From Octopus sinensis (taxonomy: Eukaryota), in assembly GCF_006345805.1 (NCBI RefSeq), contig NW_021835016.1:1-42917 (forward strand): a stretch of DNA of 42,917 nt, given 5' to 3'. The notes under the pieces are model-generated. The model worked only from the letters and a program-made list of their open reading frames with translations. It was not told where the DNA came from and did no database searches. How positions within the stretch are numbered: position 1 is the first letter of the stretch; every line of letters begins with the position of its first letter. Shown piece after piece: positions 22,985 through 34,232 of this stretch. A program made the position numbers and the translations under genes.

Positions 22985-24075
22985 GAGTGTTGGGGGAGAG
23001 TAAGGAGAGAGAGAGAGAGAGAGAGAGAGAGTGTGTGTGTGTGTGTGAGAGAGTGTGTGTGAAGAATATAGTGATAGAGAATAAAGAGAGAGAGAGAGAT
23101 TAAAGTAGTGAGCTCTCAGAACGCATATTTGAGGGAGAGTAAGGAGAGAGAATGTGTGTGTAAAGGAGAGAGAATATTTGATGGCGAGAGAGAATGTTTG
23201 AGGGAGAGAGAGAGAGAGAGTAAGAGAGTGAAAGAGAAAGAAAATGAGAGAGAGAGAGAGTAAGAGAGTAAGAGAGAGAATGAAAGAATGAGGAAGAGAC
23301 TGAAAGGGCGAGGTGATGTGGGAGAGAATTAGTGAGTGAGAAAGAGAATGAAGGAGGAGAGGAAGGGAGAGTGAATGAGGGCTGAGAATGAGAGAGTGAA
23401 GAGAGAGTGACAATGAGGGGTGGGGAGAGGGAAAGAGAAGTAATGTAAGGAAGTGAAAAAGTATTCGAGAAATGAGAGGAGAAAAAAGGTTCAGAGAATA
23501 CAATACACACACATACACATAATCGCACACGCACATGCAACTATACACGTACACACACTCACACACGCAATCACACACGCAATCACACACTGACAGTGAC
23601 ATACTCCAACACACACATACACCCAATCACTTCCACACATACACACGCATACTAACACCTATACCCGCATACACAGACACACACAGTGACACCAACACAT
23701 ACATACTAAGTGGCATAGAGACCGAGTGAAACACACATACTGACATACACACACACACACACTGACATACACACGCAGACAGACACAATCACACACGCGA
23801 ACACACACACTGGCATACAGACACACACACACACACACACACACATACAAATACACAAACACAAACACACACTGACATACACACACACATACACACATAC
23901 AAATACACACACACACTGACATACACACACACACATACAAACACACACACACACACACACATACAAACACACACACACTGACATACACACACACATACAC
24001 ACACTGATATACACAAACACACACACACACACACATACAAATACACACACACACACAAATACACAAACACACACA
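22985..24075. repeat. GA-rich tract followed by a CA-rich minisatellite-like tract (recurring cacactgacatacac)
   Basis: Directly visible. Confidence 0.9.
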
Positions 24076-24634
24076 AGCCAGATGGAATGAGGAAGAAATA
24101 ATATAAATAAATGGAGTAATTAAAGTGAAGAAAGTTGAAAAATAGGAGAGAAATAAAAAAACGAAGGAAAATGTGAAGGAGAGAAAGAAGGATAAGAAAG
24201 ATTAAATGTGAAGAAAATCAGGTGAGAGGAAAGAAAGAAAGAAAGAAAGGAAAAAGAAAGAAAAGGTAAAGGAAGAAGAATAAATAAATGAAGTGTTTAT
24301 CAATTGCTGTGATTTCTGGTGATTGATTTACAGTGGTGGTGGCAGTGGGAGGTGGTCATATAGTGGGGGGAAAGCGGTGGTGGTGGTGGTGGTGGTGCTG
24401 GTAGGTGGTGGTGGTGGTAGTTGTGTAGCGGGCTTTGGAAGGGACGACCATGAAAATAACAAGATTGGTACCGGTGTTTGTAGAACAACAGTAAAAACAA
24501 ACACACACACACACACACACAAAACTAATAGTGGTAGGTGGTGGTGGTGGTGGAAGTAGTAGTGGTAGTAGTCGTGGCAGTGGTAGTAGTGGTAGTGGTG
24601 GTAGTGGTGGTGACGGTAATGGTGGTATATACTA

Positions 24635-24885
24635 TATTTCTTTTATAGGCCACAAGGCGACAATAACAAAACAAGCGACAAGTGGGGGCTTAGCACAAAA
24701 ACGATGACAGCAACAAAATTTAAGCAATAAGATTCCCCCTAAGATGTAGGGTGTTCCACTCAGGGCCAACCAAGGAACCGACACATCCTGGTCATCCTGA
24801 CCGCCAAGGGCACTCCAGGCAGGGCACCTCTCTCCTTCTCATCTTCACCGGTTTTCAGGTGTATGCTCAGGGTAGACCCATTCAC
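24635..24885 (-). mobile_element. 3' end of an L1/Tx1-like LINE
   Basis: Minus strand gtgaatgggtctaccctgagcatacacctg (VNGSTLSIHL) resembles gtgagtgggccctgccctgagcacacgcctg at about 36983-37013. It ends in tgtggcctataaaagaaata. Confidence 0.65.
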
Positions 24886-25084
24886 AACGCCAATAATAAT
24901 TATCATAATAAAAATCCCAATAAAAACTGTTTGATATTATTGTGACTGTTCTTATTACTGTTGTTTTTATTGTTATTGTTGTAGTTGTTGTTTTTGTTGC
25001 TATTGTTATTTTATTGTCCTGCTGATGTTGCATTTTTAAGCATACTGCTTTTTTTGTTTTGTTTTCTTTTTTTTTTTTTGTAAA

Positions 25085-25303
25085 AGCGGCAAGATGGCAG
25101 AATTGTAAGCGCGCCGGACAAAATGCTTAGCAGCAACGCGTCCGTTTTCTTTTTTTTACGTTCTAGATTCAAAAGTCGCTGGGATCGACTTTGCCTTTCC
25201 TCCTTTTGGGGGTCGATAACATAAGTACCATTTGAGCACTGGTATCGATGCAATCGACTTAGCCCCAACCCTGAGGTTGTTGGCTTTGTGCCAAAATTTG
25301 AAA
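25085..25303 (+). mobile_element. SINE family B
   Basis: tggcagaattgtaagcgcgccggacaaaatgcttagc...tcgactttgcctttcctccttttgggggtcgataa. Confidence 0.8.
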
Positions 25304-25411
25304 GCAGTATTTCTATCTGGAAAGTCCATCTTCTCTCAAGTCCCTCCATGTTGTTTCACGTTCAGTTTGAATACTTTTAATATCATACTTCATGAAGAAT
25401 TGGATGAAAAA

Positions 25412-25872
25412 AAAAAAATGAAGGCTCCCAATTTGTTACTAAGCAGCTTGTCCTCTGTAAGTATTTCTTCTAAGAGCGTAAGTTCTTCGGAGGGCCGCTC
25501 GTCATCCTGAGCGGGATGAGTTTGGATATTTTCTATTCTTTTCTGAACAATCTTTACTTACCGAAGCGACCTCCTGACATTTCGTAGAACTCGAGGAACA
25601 GTTAAACTAAGAAACAAACCGTCAACAGACTAGACTTTTTTCAAGATGAACGCATGCTCCAAGTTTTTTACTCTCAAGGCCTACTCTAAGTGTTTACTTG
25701 GTGTTGGAACACCAAGTGTCTACTCCAACTTTTTTTCCAGAATATCTTTAATGTTCCAAACAGATGTAAATAAAACTTTTCTCCGTACTCAAAGACAATT
25801 GAAGAAGGGCTCCATTAGTTGTTTATGTTATAGGTCGCGTTATTGAGGCGCCGTTTGGAGCCGGGTGCCATG
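25412..25872 (-). pseudogene. Possible decayed retroelement ORF fragment
   Basis: One minus frame reads RRKVLFTSVWNIKDILEKKLE*TLG...KIVQKRIENIQTHPAQDDERPSEELTLLEEILTEDKLLSNKL with scattered stops. It looks protein-like but the family is not recognised. Confidence 0.3.
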
Positions 25873-25903
25873 AAACTCTAAATAACTCAAAGTATTACTG
25901 ATC

Positions 25904-26062
25904 AAGCTTGCTTCCCAACCACATAGCTCCGAGTTCAGTCTCAATGCGTGACACCTTGGGTAAGTGTATTCTACTATAGCTTCGAACAGACCAAAACCTT
26001 GTGAGTGGATATGGGAGACGGAAAATGGAAAAATCCCGTCGTATATATGTATATATATGTAA

Positions 26063-26112
<50 letters not shown>

Positions 26113-26315
26113 GTTTGTGTCTGTCCACTTGAAAACCGGTGTTAGTGTGTTTACGTCTTCGTAACCTGGCAATTAGGTAAAAAAGCACGATAAAACAAGA
26201 ACCGATCTTAAAAGTAATAAGCACTGGGGCCAATTCATTCGACTAAAAATTCTTCGAAGCAGTGCCCCAGCATGGCCGCAGTCTAAGTGACTGAAGCAAC
26301 TAAAGGGTAAAAGAA
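25904..26315 (+). mobile_element. SINE family A, near full length (diverged)
   Basis: aagcttgcttcccaaccacatagctccgagttcagtc...accttgggtaagtg...ccagcatggccgcagtc. Confidence 0.85.
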
Positions 26316-26330
26316 TATCTATAGATATAA

Positions 26331-26458
<128 letters not shown>

Positions 26459-26479
26459 TAATAATAATTATAATGATAA

Positions 26480-26997
26480 TTCCAGTACATACAGACCGAA
26501 CCATCAAGGCAATAAACCAGATATTGTTGTGAAAGACCAAAACAATAAAGTTTGCTTATTGATCGACATGAGCATCCCCTGTGATCATAATATCTCAGCG
26601 AAAGAGTTTGACAAGCTCAGAAAATATAAAGACCTACTCATTGAAATTGAGAAAATGTGGCATCTCAAGGCGGTTACAATACCAGTGATCGTAGGAGCAC
26701 TAGGAATGATCAAGAAGGGAACCGAAAATTATATGAGAATGATCCCTGGCTTACCATCCCTGCAAGAAGTGCAAAAGATTGTCTTAACTGGTACATCACA
26801 CGTATTGAGAAGAGCATTGTCGATGTGAGAACTGTTGCTGCTCATGTATTTTAATTTAACTTTAAAAAAAAAAAAAATGCACGAACTACTGAGTTTGGTT
26901 TAATGGCCTACCAATATACACTATGAGTTTCTTTGCCCTAGGAGTCGGGAAGACACTCGGCAAGAAATGGAAGCAAATTTGAAAGAAGAAAAAAAAG
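26480..26997 (+). mobile_element. 5'-truncated R4/Dong-clade LINE: restriction-like endonuclease domain and 3' UTR, inserted in (TAA)n
   Basis: PVHTDRTIKA/NKPDIVVKDQNNKVCLLIDMSIP...KEFDKLRKYKDL...IPVIVGALG...VQKIVLTGTSHVLRRALSM* (stop at 26826-26828). It has the PD..D..K..KY endonuclease motif and TAA repeats on both sides. Confidence 0.9.
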
Positions 26998-27081
26998 TAA
27001 TAATAATAATGATAATAATGATAATAATAATAATTATTATAATAATGATTATGTGCGTCTGCGTTCGCGCGTGTATGTAGC

Positions 27082-27358
27082 AAAATACGAAGGCTGTGGT
27101 CAATCAAGAGAACAGACGTGATACCAATGGGAATTGGTGAACTTGGAAGTATCAGCACTCAGCTACCAACATGACTGGAAAAGATCGGTGCAAGTGTGAA
27201 GGTGGAAAACCTACAAAAACCAGCATTGCTGGGAACTACAAGAATTCTTTGCAGGGTTCTTGAAGCATGACCAGTAAATATGTGTCACCTTAGTCCGCTG
27301 CTTGTGGACAGCTGACGCTTTCCATCATACCCAGCAAAATAAGCAGTGAGTTTTCATA
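27082..27358 (+). mobile_element. Second R4/Dong-clade 3' end (different subfamily)
   Basis: KIRRLWSIKRTDVIPMGIGELGSISTQLPT*LEKIG...LQKPALLGTTRILCRVLEA*, then a short UTR and TAA repeats. Confidence 0.8.
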
Positions 27359-27452
27359 TAATAATAATGATATATAATAATAATAATAATATAATAATAA
27401 TAATATATATATTATATATATATATATGTTTGGATTAACTATATAAATATAT

Positions 27453-27510
<58 letters not shown>

Positions 27511-27544
27511 CACATACATATACATACATACATACATACATACA

Positions 27545-27592
<48 letters not shown>

Positions 27593-27593
<1 letters not shown>

Positions 27594-27718
27594 TGGTAAA
27601 AACGGTAAGACAACAAAAGAAAGAAAGAGATCTCGATATTATGTAAATAGAGGAATTTATCTTTCGGTAGCCATGATAAAACTCGGAGTTTTATCATGGC
27701 TACAGAATAATTGTCATA
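27593..27718. mobile_element. Penelope-like terminus fragment with internal inversion (18-bp perfect palindrome)
   Basis: 27605-27662 matches 31147-31203 (aagacaac.aaagaaagaaagaga.ctcgatattatgtaaatagaggaatttatct). The palindrome gtagccatgataaaactc-g-gagttttatcatggctac spans 27667-27703. Confidence 0.7.
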
Positions 27719-27935
27719 TATATATTTATGTGTATGTATGTATGTATGCATGCTTGTATGTATGTATTTATATATGTATGTACAATCGGTATATTCGACG
27801 GCATAATTAAAGATTTGGTTTGAGTGAGTTTATTACAATATCATGAATCATTTAATCCTACATGTGTTTTAATGACGAAAATTTGTACGTAATACGACAT
27901 TCGTTACATAAACGGTTACATAATAGAATTGCAAT

Positions 27936-28044
27936 GCCAGATCTTCAGGGGAATATTGTAATTTAATTCAGTACTGTCAACCGACCTATATATATGATTG
28001 AATTACAATATTCCACTGAGGATCTGGCCTGTGAAACGCACGTA
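27936..28044. repeat. 28-bp inverted repeat carrying two divergent CTGA(A/G)GA boxes (degenerate hammerhead pair)
   Basis: gccagatcttcaggggaatattgtaatt (27936-27963) pairs with aattacaatattccactgaggatctggc (28001-28028), 2 mismatches. The right copy is followed by GAAACGCACGTA. Confidence 0.55.
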
Positions 28045-28336
28045 AGATTAAGTAAATCACTTATACCAATTCTTCTGTTTTACTCAATGTTCGGAGATTC
28101 AGTCGGTAAATCATTCATATGTATATTATATCAAGTAAAACACACGCGATAAAATAAGGCTTAATACTTCATTGAAATTTGGATAGACATGGATTTACAC
28201 CTTCTAAACAATGAATAACTACTGTGCTGTCTCAGTCGAGATAGCACTACTTGATTACACGCGCACTCAAATTTACAGGTATGTTTATGTATAAATACAC
28301 AGGCATGTGTATTTGTGCATGCGTGTGTGTAGGTGT

Positions 28337-28372
<36 letters not shown>

Positions 28373-28605
28373 CGTGCGTGCGTGTGTGCCTCCTCGCGTG
28401 TATGTAGCATAAGTATGTTCGAAAAAGATCAAATTTATACCGTGATTCTACACACGTAATAGGGTGGGTATTATCGGCTGAAGAGGAGCGGAAAACAACC
28501 AAGAAACGAAATTTTAAGCAGTTAACCATGAATATATGAAGTAATGTGAATTATATAATTAGATCGATCGATCGATAGATTGATATATAGATTTACATAA
28601 ACATA

Positions 28606-28643
<38 letters not shown>

Positions 28644-29154
28644 TACACACATATGTATATATATATATGTATATGTACGTATATATACACAAACACACAC
28701 ATACATACACATAAACACACACACACATGCACGTACACACACACACACCTATAACTATTGTACACGCTGACAAACACTGTATATATCTTACAAATGTAAC
28801 ACAGTGAGATCTTTCGATTAGCAAACGCCCTCTATCCAGTTAGTAAACAAAAATTCCCTCTTTAGATATTTAAGTTAGGAAAGTAACAATTATATGCAAC
28901 TATAGAAAATGTTGTCCTTACTGTATTTTCAATTTATTTGTTTTATTAGAGTTACCTCCCCTTCAAAAAAGATGTAAATGTACTACGAGAGTGCTTTGGT
29001 TTAGTTTATTGCATGGATCGTCTGAGTTAATCGAAGGTTTATAATCCAGTGTGTTACATTTAGAACAGCCTACTGGTTTATTGTGTTTAATATGTCGGAA
29101 AGCTTCGTCGACATTAGCCTCGGTCGTATTATTGATATACAGAACAAAGCCTAC

Positions 29155-29389
29155 CTCATCTGCTGATCCATTTGTGCCTTTTCGATCCGTTTGTCTTTCG
29201 CTCTTCGGTTCTGGAACCAGATCTTGATCTGGGTTTCTGTCAAGTTCAACATCTCAGCCAATTCGAATCGCCGAGGTCGTGTGATATATTCAGTTCGGTT
29301 ATACTCCAGTTCTAACTTCAGTGTCTGCTCACTGGTGAATGTCGTACGCTGACGTCGGGGACGGTTCTCTTTCCTTTTCCGTCTTTGAA
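29155..29389 (-). CDS. ro: Homeobox exon of a rough (Ro)-family ANTP-class transcription factor
   Basis: [90 protein letters not shown] and [13 protein letters not shown] are characteristic of rough. Polypyrimidine tract and AG acceptor at 29391-29390 (phase 1); AG|GTAGGC donor at 29154 (phase 2). Confidence 0.9.
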
Positions 29390-30381
29390 CTGGAAAAAGA
29401 AAAAGAAAAGAAACGTACAAAAGGTGAAAATATTCAAGTATAAATATTGATTTCTAACATTGAAATAAAATCACATTTTAAGAAAGAGTAGCGATGATAA
29501 AATCTATCTATTCCTTGCTTTCCGCACAAGATGTGAGACATTACAAAGAGGGTAGGTATATAGACAAAGAGGTGAAATATATGTGCTAATTGATAAGCTT
29601 TTTTTTACAGGAAATAAATAATATGTTTATCATATTCCTTTAATGTAACTCATTAATACAACTAAATTACTATTTACTAACTAACTATAAATCTCTATTA
29701 ATAATACTCTGATATATATAATTTTTTATAAATATGAAATGATTTCTATACTCCCCATCCCTATAAAAGATCCTAAAATGCATTAGAATCCTTTAAAAAT
29801 AACTATCTAAAAGATATCTATTTAATATCACAAGCAGGCTTATGGTTGTTAAATGGTTAAGGAGCATTAGAAGTCTCTATTCTCCCTACCCCACTAGCTT
29901 CAGCCTACTTACTTTTGCTAGAATACAGCCAAATGTACAAAAGTTAAATTCCTCATAACATGGTTGGATTTTTAGCTCTACCATTTAAACTGCCCCTTCC
30001 TCTATCTATAAATAGAAAAACAATTCTTGATTGTCTCCACCGAACGTAATAGAAAACCCCTTCCCCATTGGTAAATCAAAATAACAAAGTGAACTCAGTG
30101 ATAAAAAATCTGCCCATGAGCAAAGGTCTTCTACTACCATGGTTTTATTGATGAATGTCACCTCTCTGTCTATATACCTACCCTCTTTGTAATGTTGGCA
30201 AATAGAATAAGTGTAAAAATGAACATTGTTAATTTAATTTTTAAAATTCCATATGTGGCTGAAGAGTGCTCTACATTTTAAAACTGATGTAATACTTACA
30301 TGTTTAATTAAATGAAGCAGCATGAAACGATTGTACTACACTACCTTTGGATATCCTTGTTGCTTATTTTGATTAATTATA

Positions 30382-30417
<36 letters not shown>

Positions 30418-30441
30418 TATATATATATACACATACACACA

Positions 30442-30487
<46 letters not shown>

Positions 30488-30694
30488 ACACACACATGTT
30501 AGATTAATTCGGTCTGTGCAACTTAAAGTTTCGTAGATTCGTCAAACGAACAATAAATTCGTCAGGTTCGTAGAACCAATTGAGGAGGAGATCAAGCTGG
30601 CTTCCGGCTATAGAACTGCCGTTGGTCAACGCAGATCATATGATGTTATCAATTTAGGAGCGACATCAGTTACTGCATAGAATTGCTTGGCAGC

Positions 30695-30880
30695 GTGTTA
30701 GGACAGATGTAGGTGGCGGTGTTCTTCTGTCATGGGAGAGAGGCTCGGTTCGCTAGCAACAACTGTTAGCTAGAGTATACATAACGCACGCGCGCGCACA
30801 AAATCTGATGGTTATCGCTAGCGAGCCGATCCCCTGTGTCTCTAGACAAAATGTCTGTCACCAACATTCTGTCCGAACAT
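30695..30880. mobile_element. Small MITE-like hairpin with imperfect arms of about 75 bp
   Basis: tgttaggacaga.tgtaggtg...tcggttcgctagcaacaactgttag pairs with ctgatggttatcgctagcgagccga...caccaacattctgtccgaaca. Confidence 0.65.
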
Positions 30881-30930
30881 GAAGTCCTAAAAATTCTCTT
30901 CGATCAGTGTAGTTTATGTCGATTTGTATA

Positions 30931-31092
30931 GGCGCAGGTGTGGCTGTGTGGTAAGAAGTTTGCTTCCCAACCACATGCTACCTGGTTCAGTCCCACTGCA
31001 TGGCACCTTGGGCAAGTGTCTTTTACTATGGCCTCGGTCCGACCTAAGTCTTGTGAGTCGATTGGGTAGACGGAAACTGAAACAAAGCTGTC

Positions 31093-31093
<1 letters not shown>
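30931..31093 (+). mobile_element. SINE family A, 5' half (tRNA-like head and CORE-like domain)
   Basis: GGCGCAGGTGTGGCTGTGTGGTAAG...GGTTCAGTCCCACTGCATGGCACCTTGGGCAAGTG. Confidence 0.9.
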
Positions 31094-31134
<41 letters not shown>

Positions 31135-31232
31135 ATAAATATATGGCAAGACAACGAAAGAAAGAAAGAGACCTCGATATTATGTAAATAGAGGAATTTA
31201 TCTGAAATATGTGACAATTATTCAGTAACCAT

Positions 31233-31293
31233 GATAAAACTCCGAGTTTCGGATGCCGAGATGGAAAACAACGCCACCATCTCTTCAGTTATC
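31233..31293 (-). ncRNA. Type I hammerhead ribozyme motif (Penelope-like terminus)
   Basis: Minus strand reads GATAA-CTGAAGA-GATG...CATCC-GAAACTCGGAGT-T-TTATC. 5-bp helix I, canonical core, near-palindromic helix III ACTC-G-GAGT, triplet GUU. Confidence 0.75.
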
Positions 31294-31993
31294 CGGCCAT
31301 CGGAAAAATGCTATGAAAAATGATCGTTAAACAAAGGGAAATTACTGTGTGATTGACCGTTATTAAGACAAAAGAGCTATTCCAATGACCACTAAGTAAG
31401 GGGGTAAAAGTTCATAGTATTCGCGTAAGCGCCGCCTGTTCATACCTACACATGTGCGCCCGCACACCTACATGTGTTTGTTCGTTGCTCATTGAATTGA
31501 ACACTGTCAGGATGTGCGTTGGTGGCCGTCTTGAATCGAAGAACCGTTGAAGAGCCGCGACTGCAAGGTAGGCACTTGTTTTTTTAGGGAATCGGTGGGG
31601 AATTTGTTGTATGACCTTATTTTACCTTTTTTCATATAAGAAGTCCTCACTGGGTCCTGGACATTTGTCTGCTGCAGTCGCACTGAGTAACTCTCTCAGC
31701 AGTGACAATTATTTTGTTTTGCTGGGCGTGTCCCGCTACCAAACTTTGAAAAATTTATGAAAAATTCGACCCATTCGACCTGCTACGGTGAACTGGAATA
31801 TGTGTGTGAAGCAATATTCTTGTAAATTATCTGTGGACCGGGATTACCTGAGTAGCGGAAGTGTGTTGCCGTGCCTGTCTTCCTTCATTTTTTTCCTCTG
31901 CTGTCTTTCTGTTTTTTCTTTGTGTTTCTTTGGACATTTTATTTGAACATTTAAAATTTTGTGTTGAACTTTTTTCCTGTGTTTTTTGCAAGC

Positions 31994-33211
31994 ATGGCAA
32001 AAAATAAAAATACTGCCTTGGAGTGGGAAATTGTGCCCCCCAAGCAGTGGGTAAAGGACTTTAATGAGAGAACGGTGGTGTTGAGGACATATTCCAAGTC
32101 CCCCGACACCATCACTGTGTTCTCTCAAGTGGACATTGAGAAAGATTTGGCAGAATACCTCCCAACTATCAAGTTTATTGCAAGGGGTGTCAAATATACA
32201 ACAGTGTGGTTGCTATTTGACACCCCTGAGGAGGCTCGCATTTTTGCGAGTCAGCCCCTGGAAGGGGGAAAAATCCTGTTTCATCCCACATATCGAGGGA
32301 GGAAATTGACAAGAGCTTGGGTGTGTGGGCTGCCACCCGGAATAGAGCCCGAGTGGATAGAGGTCACTATCCGCCGGGGTCTGGTTGGAAACGGAGCCAA
32401 GCTCTTAAATGTTAAAATGTTGCCTGCGGTGAGTGGGTGGGGTCAAAAGCAGTTTTGACCCTGTGGACCCAATCAGCCGATGATCTGGAGTTTCCAGATT
32501 TTTTAGGATGGCCGGGTACAGGTATCCAGTGATTCTTGAGGGACGCCCCCAAGTGTCATCAGTGCATGGAGCCTGGCCACATTAAGAAGAACTGTCCCTA
32601 GGACCAGAGCAGTGTCCTGAAGCAGTTAGTTGCGGAAGAACCCCCCTCCTCCTCCAGAAGGAGAGATGGAGGAAGAGGGAGTGACCTCCCCCGGAAAAAA
32701 TGGAGAAAAGGAAGAAGGGGAGCAACAATGGTTGCTCTCCGAGGGATCCCAAGGTTGCGGGAGGAGGCGATGTTCCTGCGGTTATGGTGAAGGAGCCAAC
32801 TCCTCCCGCACCAAAAATAAAAAGGAAAAGGAAAATAAGAATGGGACAGTGCCGGAGGTGTGCAATGTACTGCCGGCATGACCCGAGGCCTCTTCGGTGG
32901 GAATCGTGCCACCGACGGAGGAAGATGAGGATCTTCCCTGTGAAAGTAAAGAATATGTGGTATCCTGTCTTAAGGGAGGAGTTGTTGACAACTTTGTAAT
33001 GAATTGTCTTGTAAGTCAGGACCTCATGGAATCGGCCTGTACTGAAAATCAGTACTGGCCGCCGCAGATGGCGGCGCTGGTGGTGAAAGAAAGATTTCTT
33101 TCGAATAGTGGAGTCCTGTTCGAAGAAATATTACAATTATCTCTTTTGGAGACTCGAATTGCAGCTGCGGGATTACCTGCAGGCGGCAAGAGATTGACAG
33201 GGGATGCTTGA
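31994..33211 (+). pseudogene. Disrupted L1/Tx1-type ORF1 (RRM-like region, CCHC zinc knuckle, low-complexity tail)
   Basis: ATG at 31994: MAKNKNTALEW...TVWLLFDTPEEARIF...TRAWVCGLPPGI. After frameshifts, YPVILEGR/PK, then CHQCMEPGHIKKNC (CX2CX4HX4C, 32554-32595). The putative 5' UTR begins near 31485. Confidence 0.8.
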
Positions 33212-33521
33212 AGAGACTTGCTGTCACAGTTTGGTAAGAGGTTTATTGGGATCTTTCAATTCTGAAGCCAGGACCACAGATCTTTCTACTTAACTAAATA
33301 TTCTGAAACTTCGTATGCTGATAGAGTCTAGCAAAACAAGACACAGGTTGAACTAGTTATTTGAGAAAAATCTATTTATGACTTTAATCGTAGATTAAAA
33401 CTGCGAATCTTAACCAATCAGATTGTTTGTTTTCATGTGTAAAACTTGACTGCATTCTATTAGTGTGACGTAGAAAGCGCTTTTGTGACGTACTAACGTT
33501 CGGAAAACTGTAAACAAACAC

Positions 33522-33574
33522 AGAACGTAACGGCAGACGCATTTCGCCCGGCGTGCTAACGTTTCTGCCAGCTC
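33522..33574 (-). mobile_element. SINE family B head fragment
   Basis: cagaacgtaacggcagacg..catttcgcccggcgtgctaacgtttctgccagctc. Confidence 0.7.
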
Positions 33575-34197
33575 TTTGCTTTTTTAATATTAAATTTCTT
33601 GCCTTTTGCACAAATAAATACAATAAGTGAAATGAAACGCATTAGCTTAGAAACGAAATCTTGTTAGAAGCCTCGTCACTGAGATGCCACTTCTTAATAG
33701 CAAACGAAAGCAAGTACTAACAGAATGGAAACATTTTCAATTTAATACATGTGGCTTATTAACTAGTTTTAAATATTGTTATTAGAAGGTGGCTGACTAT
33801 AGGATCCTGGAAACATGAGTACGTTTAATAATTAGAAGGAGATTTCACGGAGACATGCGGCTTGTTACAGTTAAGATGTTTAATACGTCACCAAATTGGT
33901 GGTCGAGACGGAGTAAATAAATAAAGCCGAATGACGGAATATCATTGGTTAAAATTCTAATTATTAACAACGTTAAACTTAGAAGTTACAATTCCGTTTT
34001 CATTCTGGTTTACAATTAAGTTTACTTTTGACACATTCTACCAGTATACGAAGTTTCAAATTGTTTGGTTCAGTAGGAAAAATTTGAAAAAACTGGCTTC
34101 AGAATTGAAAAGATCCGTTTATTGCCTCATTTTTGTGTGTTCTTTTTGTGTGTGAGTGTTCTTTGTTCTTGTGTGTATGTATGTGCGGCGTTTGTTC

Positions 34198-34232
<35 letters not shown>

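Noticed and set aside
22880-24076. 248-aa L/S-rich and CV-rich ORFs
   Set aside because: Translations of GA and CA repeats.
24300-24522. Minus-strand His/Pro-rich frame as a possible last exon of rough
   Set aside because: No credible acceptor upstream (it runs into a TG repeat) and it is largely GGT-repeat derived.
28478-28500. CTGAAGA...GAAA as a hammerhead
   Set aside because: Helix II and helix I cannot be formed.
33380-34125. Possible Kolobok-like DNA transposon segment (also the TTAAAGG start near 42733)
   Set aside because: Only a vague resemblance to recalled termini; no matching TIR pair or TSD could be shown in the window.
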